A DNA stretch of 64,000 nt from the NCBI GenBank assembly GCA_951406725.2, contig OX597814.1, positions 120,962,001 to 121,026,000 of the forward strand, read 5' to 3'. The notes under the pieces were generated by a model. The model made no database searches and had not been told where the DNA came from. It saw only the letters and a program-made list of their open reading frames with translations. Position 1 is the first letter of the stretch. Each line of letters starts with the position of its first letter. The DNA comes from Octopus vulgaris (Eukaryota). The position numbers were made by a program, and so were the translations under genes. Shown piece after piece: positions 52,841 through 64,000 of the stretch.

Positions 52841-55489
52841 AGAGATTCAGCTGAATTAGGTACTTAAGTTGAAGCACCATGTCAGTCCAGTATTATCCGC
52901 ACAGCTCGAAGTAAGGTAAATAAAATCAAAATAAGCAACAGGTTATGAAGTAGTGATGTAGTGCGACCGTTTCAAGCGGCTCCTTTTAATTGAACAATGC
53001 AATCATTACATCAATTTAAATGTGGTGCTATCTTCAGCTGCACAAATAAATAAATATATTAATATAATTTTTCTCAAATACTCTAACAGAGCAAGAAGAT
53101 GGAAGAAATTCATGTTGCCGATATTGTAGCAACGAATTTATACGCACACACACGCACGCACACGCACACTCACACACACTCACACACACACACACACGCA
53201 CACACTCACACACACACACACACACACGCACACACACACTCACACACACACACACACACGCACACGCACATATATATAAACAAACTTCCACTTGTTTTTT
53301 TTAGAAGTGCCGAACGTGCTTCGTACGATACAGAAAAGAAAGTGAGATTTTCGAACTCAGTATCGCCATTAGGCCAGCAGAATGATTGGCCTCATACAAT
53401 TACGTATCGAATTGTTACTTTCTATTTCATTTCTAGCAATCACGTTATTGACAAACATGCATATTCGTCCTGCTCTTAAGGTTCATTGCGTTATGCGCCC
53501 ACTTTTTAAGACAAACCAGTTGTTTAATGTACTTCATAAGAAACCTATTTAATGAGAAACATTTCCTGTTGTGTAGCCTTGATACTATCATATAATCAAT
53601 AGTTGTAGTGTAAGAATGATTCTTGAGGTAAACTTGTACGAAATGTCAGAAGCAATACCATTGAAAGGTCAAACAGTGTTATCGTAAGAATATATGAGGA
53701 AGTTCTAAAGGTTACGAGGTTTTCTAGCAAACTTTACGTTAACTATGTTATTTACAGCAAGTATTCAGAAGTAACTGGCCTATTAAAGTGTATGAAAATG
53801 CACCTAACCAACGATAGGCGTCGTTAGTAATACGGTATTTGCGCTTTGACAACAAAATCTATTGATCGCATCCTATATTAAATTTTAAAAATCAAAATAT
53901 GTAACTGCTGAATATGTTCAAATTTAATACATCATTGTATATGTGCATACATATGCGAAGAAATGAAAGCACTTTCTAAATGATATATGTATACAGTGTT
54001 TTGGTTTGTTTATAAGACAACATACAAGCTTCATATTAAACTTGAAAAAAAAAAAAAAAAAATTCACGGAATTTTCGAAACGAATTAAAAATATAGATAG
54101 GGAGAAACGGTAAGTAATTTTTTCACTATATGCTACACATTCCAACAGGACTATATATATGTGTTATGAAGACATAATTTTGAATACGTCTATAAACACA
54201 CATACGTTTATATACTCACATGTTTTTCCCCTGCACGCTATAGAGTTCATAGAAATGCACTACATACAGAGTGGCCACTTCGTCAGAAACCTGTAAAGTC
54301 ATCCACCGCCTTCCGTTGGGATTGAGTAGGGCTATCTACCCATCCTTGTGTTAACCAATCAAACGTCCCACCTTGTTCCACTAGAAAAAGTGTGTTCTCT
54401 GAGTATGTACTCCAGCGTATTGTTCCTACTGTAGTTCTTCTGCGGACTACTCACTAGCAAGTCATATCGCCCACACAAACGTGGTGTATATATGTATGAC
54501 GGAGACAAATAACCCGCCAAAGAAGTGTTTCTCCGAGCAAAAACATTTCTTTCCCAACTCTAGGTTTAGGTTCCCTCTGATCGAGTATGGTCTTACTCCA
54601 GCAGAGGGAAATGTTAACTTCAGTTTGAGATGTTCGGAATCAAGAAAGACAATGTCCTACCGGAGATGGAGACATCCCTACTTTTGTACCAAAAGAAATT
54701 CGGAGATTGTTCTGGACAGCAGAAGCGGTTTGTTTAATTAGAGGACTACGGCGCTTTCATCTTATGCTCAAATAGATTTCAGACACTCCGATACTACTGA
54801 GAAGGCTTAAGAAATAACTATGATAGGCTAAATTAGTTTTCAGCCTTTGATCGGCGCGCCAAGATGCTAATTTTCCCATTAAGCATTCTCAATGTTAAAT
54901 ATCATGTTTCATATACTGGAATTCCACTTTGGTAGTTCTCTTCTTTGAACCAAGTGGTCCTTTTATTCCAGGTCTTGTCCATATATTAGAACGGATTATC
55001 ATTAAGGTGGTGAACAAGCAAAGTCGCTGACTCCCCAGAAAAGCATTTTTCCAGCTTTTTGCATTCGGATTTCCAATGCCTCCGATATTGATTAAATCTT
55101 TATTCTCTCGGGATCAATCAATCTTATAACAATCGACTATAAGAGTAGTAGAAATCGAGTGAAACCCAACCCAATATGTGCTGGCCTTGTGCCGTAATTA
55201 CTACTTATTGCTATTACTAGTATTCCCTATACTGTGTAGCCTTGGGATGATGTATATGAGTTCGCGGCTTCGGGATGGTGTCACGCGTGCGAGTTTGTCT
55301 ATGTTTCTGCCTGTGGGAATGAATATGTAAGATTTTACGAATGCATGTCTACGTGTGCGACATCTAGCGTCTAAGTATATTTTCATGATGTCTTGCTGGA
55401 CCTACTGAGCTAAGCAGACTGATGTCCGCTATGTGAATTCTTTTTCTCAGTTAGACTGCAATAAACACTACCTTATTATTATCATTAGT

Positions 55490-55524
<35 letters not shown>

Positions 55525-55980
55525 AGGACATCGTTTCTCTTCACTCCAATTCCTCTCCCATGCTCCTTTACGCGCTCGCTTCCTTTTCCTCTACTCCGCA
55601 CGCCTATGTTACCCCTACACTTCTTATTTGCGTACTGGAGTGCATTTAATGGTATCCGTCAATCTTTGAGTTGAATTTTTTGTGAGTAATACCGATTAAT
55701 AGGGCCGCTGGTATTTGTTCATGTAACAGTTCCATTGTTTTATGTTCACATAATTGATGCCAGCCTAATAGATGAAACATACGTACATAATGTAATGCTT
55801 TAATAACGACTACGTTTTCTTTGTTACTTTGTAAATACATACATACATACACATATATATATACATATATATATGTGTGCGTGTTTGTGTATGTGTTCAA
55901 AGGCCAAAAGTGCATTCTCCACTAGATGGTCTATTATATTTATTCAAACCCCAAAACTTTACAAACCGAATTCATTGTTG

Positions 55981-56090
<110 letters not shown>

Positions 56091-56744
56091 CATGTCGTTT
56101 TATACATACATATATATATACACACTCCGTATAAGCATATTGCGAAGCAGAACAAGCAAAAGTTATATTCTATTTGACAACTAACAATTTTGAGACTTCA
56201 TCGCTCAATTTGTTTTTATATTCGTTTTATTCTTTTCTCAGGGCTTTGCGTAATAATTAATGTTCTAAGATAATATTCCACATCTATTTCAAACACTTAT
56301 TTATTTGCTCTCTCTTCCGTTTGAAATACAAATTGTTTAAAAGCCGTAATTAACAAAGCTGTGTAATTGCCAAAGACCTATCAGCACAAATTTTCAACAA
56401 GTAAAAGCTATTAATCCTTAGAAGCTTTTAACATATTGTTATGTTTAAAATATTTAGATATGTTTCCCATTTGAAATCTGAAATCAAATTAAACCTAACT
56501 AAATAGAAATTTCACCGAAAATCAGCAAACTACTTTCATGGTAAATGTTATACTTTCAATTGTTTAGCAAAAAAAAGAATAATAATAATAATAAACAGAG
56601 AAAGAATAACGGTTTAGAAACGAAACATAATCTCTGAGTGATTCCTATAACTTAATAATTACATGCAATGCAACAAAACCAAATATATGGTGCAATTCAA
56701 ATAAATTACTGCAGTGCGAAACCATTAATAATTCTATAGCACTC

Positions 56745-56935
56745 AATACTTTTCTACTTTAGACACAAGACCCACAATTTTGGGGGAGGGGGCCAGTGGA
56801 TTAGATCGACCCCAGTAACGCAACTGGTACTTAATTTATTGACTCCGAAAGGATGAAAGGCAAAATTGACATCGGCGGAATTTGAACTTAGAACGTAAAA
56901 ACAGACGAAATACCTATATCTTTACTACCCACAAG
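56745..56935 (-). mobile_element. SINE family A copy
   Basis: gatcgaccccagtaacgcaactggtacttaatttat...cggcggaatttgaacttagaacgtaaa. Confidence 0.7.
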
Positions 56936-56999
56936 GTAGAGTTCTAACAAAACTTGACTTGTATGTATGCATGTATGTATAACATTTGGTTATAACCAG

Positions 57000-57480
57000 C
57001 ATCATTCATATCTTTCAACTCTTAGGAAGGTGTTGCAGATTTTCATAGTCCCAGATATCACGATCATTCGTAGCGTATAAACTGAGGATTTGCGTTCTCT
57101 CCCCAAGATTCCAAGTTCGGCGATACTTTGCTCCAGACGAGTCGGTTTATATCCTGTTGCTCTAACAATGACAGGTATGAAGCTCAAAGTGTATCATGGG
57201 TACTATATTTCCAAGCTCATTATTAATATTCCATAGATGTCCTCTTTCGCTTATATTTTATTCTTATCTCATTCGTGCCCAGGGGCAGCTGATTTCCACA
57301 ACAGAACGTACGTATTCTTTGTGGTCCCACACAACAATATCTCGTCGGTTATGTTTAAATTGGTGGATGTTTAAATTTTCAAGTTCCACCAGTATTCTTT
57401 TGACGTTACGGGTTCAATAATGGTCAATTTCGTTTTGTAGATATTCTATTTTTCGTTGTCCTGTTCCAGATAATTCTGGC
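57000..57480 (-). mobile_element. RLE-type (R4/NeSL-like) LINE 3' fragment
   Basis: Minus strand KHNRRDIVVWD...VVEISCP (RPD..E motif) and FIPVIV.A.G near the C-terminus. Confidence 0.7.
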
Positions 57481-57889
57481 CACCATATCATGTATATATA
57501 TGTATGCATATCATTGATCAGATTTATTTCAAGATTTGTTGCCAATACAGAAAGAACGGGTTTCTAACCTAGATCCAGTGCTCCTTCATTGGAATTTCAA
57601 CATCAACAACAGCGTGTTTTTGTTTGTATGTATGCATGTATATGTACAGATTAGTACGTTTTGTTTTATGTAAGTATTCTCATGCATATAGTTGCATATC
57701 TAGACATGCTCATATGTATTTCAATGATAACATTCAGGATGGATTGGATCTGTAGTCTTCGAATTAGATTTCTCCTTTCTGGTTTTGAGAAGCCTAATTT
57801 CTCAAGCTTGGTATTTAGGCAGTGTGTTAGACATCTCAATAATTACAGGGATAAACCTGAACTTGCAATCTGGATAGACTAACAGCAGA

Positions 57890-58232
57890 TTTCTCAATAC
57901 TTCATAGTAGATATTCTATTTTTCACTTACCTTCAGCTTTATGTTAATATCCGCTGGGCAGCTATTTTCCACAATTGTACACAGTGTCTCTTCTCCATTC
58001 CAAACCGTTATATCAATTCTGTAGTGCTTACATTTTATTGAGGTTTTAATTGGGATATTTCAACACTACTCCTTTTTATTACGAGTGGCTTCTTCTACCA
58101 TACTGTGAGTTTTTACTTATTTGTCCTCGGAGTTATCCTTCCGACAGATTTTATTATTGAGTGACCTAGATACAACATCATTCCTCATTGGTAGATTCAA
58201 CCGTGATGACATTTTCGGACAACTACTTATGT
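57890..58232 (-). mobile_element. RLE-type LINE fragment (second copy)
   Basis: ISSCPKMSSR..LPMRND and VWN....CTIVE.SCP motifs. Confidence 0.65.
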
Positions 58233-58239
58233 TGTAGAT

Positions 58240-58975
58240 ATTATACACTAAAACGGCATCAATCCAGTCTTGAGGGACTTTTTCAATTCTCCAACAGTGA
58301 CAAATTAATATATTTAAGAGTTCAAACGTTTTGTCACCCCTATATATCTTCTGCACAGGTTCCATCAGACCCTGAAGACTTATTGTTATTCAGTTTATTC
58401 ACAACGGTGACAGTCAGAAGCAAACGTCCATAGGCATTATCGAAAAATCTCTTTTTCCACGCACTAGATGGTCAGTCCAGCTCTTTGCCCCTCTTATAAC
58501 CTGAATGCTAGAAACGTCTTCCATATCACGTTTCTTGATCAGAATATAATCTATGAGATGCCAGTGCTTAGATCTTGGGTGCGTGCAGGTGGTTTTCTAT
58601 TTACTCTTCTGCTTAAACAGAGTGTTGGTGACAACCAGATTATTCTCAGTACAAAACGTTAAAAGAGCTACACTACTGTTATTACATTTTCCAATCACAT
58701 GTCGACTTAAAACAGGCCATGAAACATAGGCCATGAAACATAGGCCATGAAACATAGTCCTTTCCAACTCTATTATGTCAGGTCGTTCTTGAGTTCTACT
58801 TCTAACATGTAATCCAGTATAAACTGTCGCATTGTCGGCTACTCGGCGACTAAACTTGCAACCCCACCAGGCTGACTTGGTGAGGCGGGTGTTTTTGGAC
58901 ATTCTGTGAGATGAAACATAAGACCAGGCAAAGGGCGGAGGAATTCCTGAATAGTCAACGACAATCCAACAAAAT
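58240..58975 (-). mobile_element. RTE LINE 5'/endonuclease fragments with internal deletions
   Basis: LLTFCTENNLVVTNTLFKQK, HPRSKHWHLIDYI and VPQDW.DA motifs. Confidence 0.75.
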
Positions 58976-59031
58976 ATCTGTAAATATGTGTATATCTTTT
59001 TTTCTTCTATGTATATGTATTTATATTTTTA

Positions 59032-59089
<58 letters not shown>

Positions 59090-59269
59090 AGTGTGTGTGC
59101 GTGTGCGTGCGTGTGTATGTGCGTGCGGGCGTGTGTGTGTGTGTGTATTATCATATTTTTCAATTGCATATCTTTTCCTTTTTATATTTATATATGTCAT
59201 ATTTAATTCTTATTTGCGTTTGCAAATCACATATCGTACTTCTTATTTTTTTATGTATGAATGGGCTAC

Positions 59270-59900
59270 TCCGCGTCGGAGTAGCCCATTCATGCATAAG
59301 TCCAGTCCCCCTCATTAGGGTAGAAAAGATCTGACATTTCATATCAGTGGTCTGAGGTTTATCCTTCCGACAGATCCCATTATGGAGTGTCTTAGTTACA
59401 ATATCATATCCCATCGGCAGATATAAACGCGATGACATTTTCGGACAAATGCTTATGATGTGGGTAATGTCCTCTATCTTAACGCCACAGAGATTGCATG
59501 TGTTGTCACATGTTACTGATTTACGTGTGTCTGAGGCTCTTTTGTGCATCAGGTATCCATTGACGCGCATCCCTTGACCAAGGTTGCATATAAGAAGCCG
59601 ATAACGTCATAAGACTTCGAAAGCAGCTCCTTGAACAGCATTCCTCGCTTGATAACCTTCAATACATGACCAAAGGAGACGCACATGCCCACAGATATTG
59701 ACGTTTCTTGTTCCTGGATTTCACACACTTACCCTTCGAAATGTAAGGTAGTAATCTGGTTTTTGGCCCATGATCTATTGCTTTGATGATCAATGTTACT
59801 CTCATTCCAGAGTCTTCTAACATATCCAAGCATGATCTTTCGCGCATCCATTCATCTGATGATACGTTGTGGTAGACTCGTGTGGCTTCTTTCATCGTAT
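59270..59900 (-). mobile_element. RLE-type LINE fragment (CCHC knuckle)
   Basis: ORF 59160-59570 CNLCGVKIEDITHIISICPKMSSR.YLP..YD. Confidence 0.75.
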
Positions 59901-60612
59901 ATTCAACGTTATCAGGCAAGAAATGCTGGTTAAATGCTGGTTAAATGCTTTCAAAGTTTCATGATCATATCGGCCTCATGTCCGAAAACTTGCTGAATGG
60001 ATTCAAGCTATTGCCGCTTCTTCTGAACTAAGAGAAGCAACAATTACGCCACCAGATTGTGTAGTTGAATTGCAAAGGAAGAGTACTGCTTAGGCCAAGA
60101 CAGAGGGAAAGGGACTTCGTAGACACTGCTTGCGACTTCGTAGACACTTTTACCAATAAATGAAATCATGGTATTTCTGAGTCTTATACTTTATACTGAG
60201 CCTTACGACGTCACCTGTGATGTCTAGGCGTACTGTACTACACGATAAATATTCGTTTTCATTGTTCAACTTCAGAGACATTAGTTAAAAGAATATTAAG
60301 TAGAGAACTGGACAACATATTTATGATAATTTGTTAGACTAAAGTGGTTTGTTGGCTGAATCGTCAGCATATAAGACAAACAGCTTAGTTCATCAGTCTT
60401 TACGTTTTGAATTCAAATTTATCGTCTTTATATTTCCTCCACTCCAATCGATAAAATAGGTATCAGCTGAGTGCTGGGTGCGATGTGATGGACTTAACCA
60501 CTCTCCCGGAAGTTGCGTTTCTTTTTTTTCTGAGATTCTCTGCGGATCAATTCTTCCGCTTACCTGAGTGAGTAGACTTAAGCATACACACACCCCACAC
60601 ACGTGCACAAAT

Positions 60613-60665
<53 letters not shown>

Positions 60666-61960
60666 TATGGATTCAATGCATTGACTGAGAAAGAATAGCG
60701 GGGGTGTTTGATTTTTGCAAGGACTTATAGTAAATTTTTAATAGACGAGTTCACTATTATCTTTCCAAGCACTTATTTTTTATGAAAATACATATTCAGG
60801 AAAAAAAAATGCATAAATTTAAAACACATCAGAATATTTCATACAAAATCTGTTCCATAAATTAATATTATCAACATTAATATTCTGTTTGATAGATACA
60901 TGCAATATTAATTCTAAATAGAGCTGAACAAATTTTATTCATCGCAATGTACACAGAGAATTTCTGATGAAATACACATTGCTAGATGTTAATGTTGGAA
61001 TAAGCTATGTATATTTCATGTGTCTTTCTTCAATAATTCTAAGAATGCTTTGTATCTAATGAAATCAACTGTAGATACAGTCGATTTATTTTCATTACAC
61101 GCCAGCCGCGGTTTGCCCTGGAGAATATCAGAAAACGTAATGATGTTTTCATTAGTATAAGATAATATTAAACCATGTATAACCTCATAATTTCCAGGAA
61201 ATCATTTTTTATTGTCTTTTCACGTCTGTTGTCATTTTGATTGATTGTTTCCTCAAAGACCGGTGTTTCACAGTATCGCTGCATTATTTTCCTCTCCATC
61301 TTTATCTCCGCGGCTTAACGACTTTTTCTGTAACACACTGTCGTTTGACATATTTCGTTAAAAATACACCTTATTGCTTTCAGCACAGGAATTAAACATA
61401 ACACGACGCTGATCTCAGTACATACTTCTGCCACGCAGCAACAAATTATGCCTGTTCTGGTTTTCTCAAATATTTAATTTCCATCTCTACATGAATTTTT
61501 CCGTGTCACCTTTATAGCAGTAAGAGTGTATCATTCATAAATTACTAACGATTACTACAGAAGCGTCTCCAAGAAACTAAACTAGAAATCTCAGCTATAA
61601 AATGCATTTTCTCCTCACATGAAACAAAGCCTGCAACACAGTCACCTTGCCAACTGAACATCGACATAGGCATGAAAACCATAAAGTTTTCAAAATTGGT
61701 AATCATCTCAACACACAGATTTAAAGTGAAGCAAAAAGCTGTCACTGATGTGGCAAGACTGCAATTCTACAGAGATTACTATATTCCAGAAATGTCTAAT
61801 AATCTAAGCACTTTGTCAGGTCATACAGGGGCGGTTATTTCTATTTTCTCTTTATCTCAAATGTAGTATGCATTGAGTACGCTGTAGAATCAAGATATAT
61901 AAGGAATCGATAGGGAATAAGAAATAATAACTTGCAAAGTATTTATATATATATATATAT

Positions 61961-63333
61961 AAACTTAGATAAACTTATATATGTTTCGACCAAAGATTGG
62001 TCCAGGCCATGTCTAGCTTAATAGCACAACCTGATAGGATTATTTGAATCCTGTTTAAGTCAAGTTTTGTTTATGGTCCATTCAATTAGTGAGTTTTTGT
62101 TGGGTGAGTTTTATCCAATTATGGGTGGCTTATCTGGTATTCCTTGAAGGAATCTAACCACACTCCGTTTAAAGTTGATGGGATCCTTTTCCTCTTTGAT
62201 CCCTTTCGGGACAATGTTAAATAGGGCAGGGCCTGTTGAGGAAAAGAAATTATGTTGCAGTGTACATATATACTGTGATCTGGAATTGGGCAGGGGACGT
62301 ATGGCCCGTGGTCCCAGTCTTGGATGAACCTTGAAGCTAATGTTCAGGTCGTTTGGGCAAAGTTGGCGGTATATTCTCCACATCGTACAAATGATGTACC
62401 GCTCACGGCGACGCTGGAGAGAGTAGAGTTTCAAGGCCTTAAGGCGATCCTAATAATCGAGAGCAGCCATGCCCTCAATTATTTTAGTGAGTGCCCTCTG
62501 GGGTGATTCAATCCTCGAGATGTTTTGTCTTGTATGGGGAGACCACAGTGGGCAGCAGTATTCGAGTTGTGGCCTTACAAAGGAGGAGAAAAGTGGTATG
62601 ATGACACCTTGTTCTCTGGACCGGAAAGTTCTTAAGATACAGGAACTCATCCTACGAGCTATATCTGCACTCCAACTGAGATCGTCATCAACAATTACAC
62701 CCAGGTTTCTGATATTGTTAGAGGCTGCGAGCGGTTCCCCTGAAGGAAGTGAGTATGGCTGTTCTAGTGAGGAATTTCTTCTAAAATGCATCAGCTCAAT
62801 TTTTCCCTCGTTCAGTTGCATTTTGTTTCTGTCTGCCCATTGACTCACAGCATATAGATCAGACTGGAGTTGAGTTCGGTCTGCTTCTTCATTGACGATT
62901 TGCTGGAGCTTAGTGTCATCAGCAAATATTTTCACTTTGCAGTAATGTACGACACTGGAAAGGTCGTTTATGTAAATTATGAAGAGTAGCGGACCCAAGA
63001 CAGTCCCCTGGGGGACACCGATGGTGACTTTTGCCGGGCTTGAGTGGACTGCGTCAACTACAACATGTTGTGTTCTATTCGCCAGGAAATACTTGATCCA
63101 GTGTAGAACTTTTCCACGGATTCCAACATTTGCCAATTTTGAGAGTAGGATATTATGGTCTACCCTGTAGAACGCTTTACTGAAGTCAAGATATATGACA
63201 TCAGAGTTCGAACCTGTTCCCAAGGCTTTGAGTACATCATCAATATGGTGTAAGAGCTGTGTTATACAGGCCCTACCACAGCGAAAGCCAATGATTTGCA
63301 TTTAGGAGTGTGTGGGTCTCCAGGAATTCAGCT
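61961..63333 (-). mobile_element. 5'-truncated CR1-group LINE (RT domain and 3' end)
   Basis: ORF 62450-63301 YLDFSKAF.RV.H, GVPQGTVLGPLLF..YIND, FADD, LGV, VRPQLEYC..WSP; ORF 62111-62434 LYSLQRRR.R; (TA)n on both sides. Confidence 0.93.
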
Positions 63334-63347
63334 ATATATATATTTAT

Positions 63348-63380
<33 letters not shown>

Positions 63381-63467
63381 ATATAAATTAGAGATAAAAC
63401 CACTAATATGCATCTCAAAAAGTGGTAGACATATATATATCTATATATATATGCATATGTATGTATG

Positions 63468-63514
<47 letters not shown>

Positions 63515-64000
63515 ATGCACATACAAAAGCCTATAGCAATCTGTAGGCGTATATACTATATATGTGCATCTTATCCTCAATAATGTTCATAATATTCCCA
63601 CCTGAATTGAATATGTCGGAGTACATCCGCTATGGAAACAAAACAGCGTATTACTGTTGTTGTGCAAAATTTGTAACTCTGCCAATAAAAATGCATCACT
63701 CCTTTCAGATCAGTGTAGAATTACAGCGATATTGATTATCGAACATTTATGAAGCCCCTATAAGAATTCTTGTCATAACTCAACCAGATTTAAAGATGGT
63801 CAAATTGTATTGTTGCTAGTTTTTTTGTATTCTTAAATTGAGGTCACGATCTATCAAAGTTCTGAATATTCATGCGTGTTTAGATCTTTCTTATTTACGG
63901 CAGCTGTATGTCTCTACAAGCAAAATTACGATTTTATTGAAAGACATTAAACAACTATTTCCTATGAAAAAAATATTCAATAAATACTTCCCTACGGACG

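Noticed and set aside
58830-58975. HDV-like ribozyme at the RTE 5' end
   Set aside because: Could not assign the nested double pseudoknot by eye; needs a descriptor search
61980-62015. ctg-hairpin-gaaa at the CR1 3' tail resembling a half hammerhead
   Set aside because: Lacks ANGA; more likely the ordinary LINE 3' stem-loop

Overview
AT-rich, microsatellite-dense, non-genic eukaryotic DNA. The SINE/LINE repertoire and (TA)n load suggest an octopus or other coleoid cephalopod (inference). I can support no host protein-coding gene. The window is a mosaic of decayed transposons: Tc1/mariner and maT elements, RTE, CR1-like and R4/Dong-like LINEs, three tRNA-type SINE families and Penelope-like elements (PLE, Naiad-like GIY-YIG). 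The standout is a set of hammerhead-ribozyme (HHR) elements. A near-identical, non-coding ~536-bp tandem array (38.78-42.78 kb, ~7.5 units) carries one minimal type I hammerhead per unit on the minus strand, matching a non-LTR retrozyme concatemer. Diverged relatives with covarying hammerhead stems lie at 46.5, 29.3 and 38.2 kb. An inverted Naiad-like PLE insertion at 30-33.5 kb has its own HHR and a 40-bp flanking duplication. All of these sit in (TA)n tracts. Ribozyme calls come from manual folding only; activity is untested.
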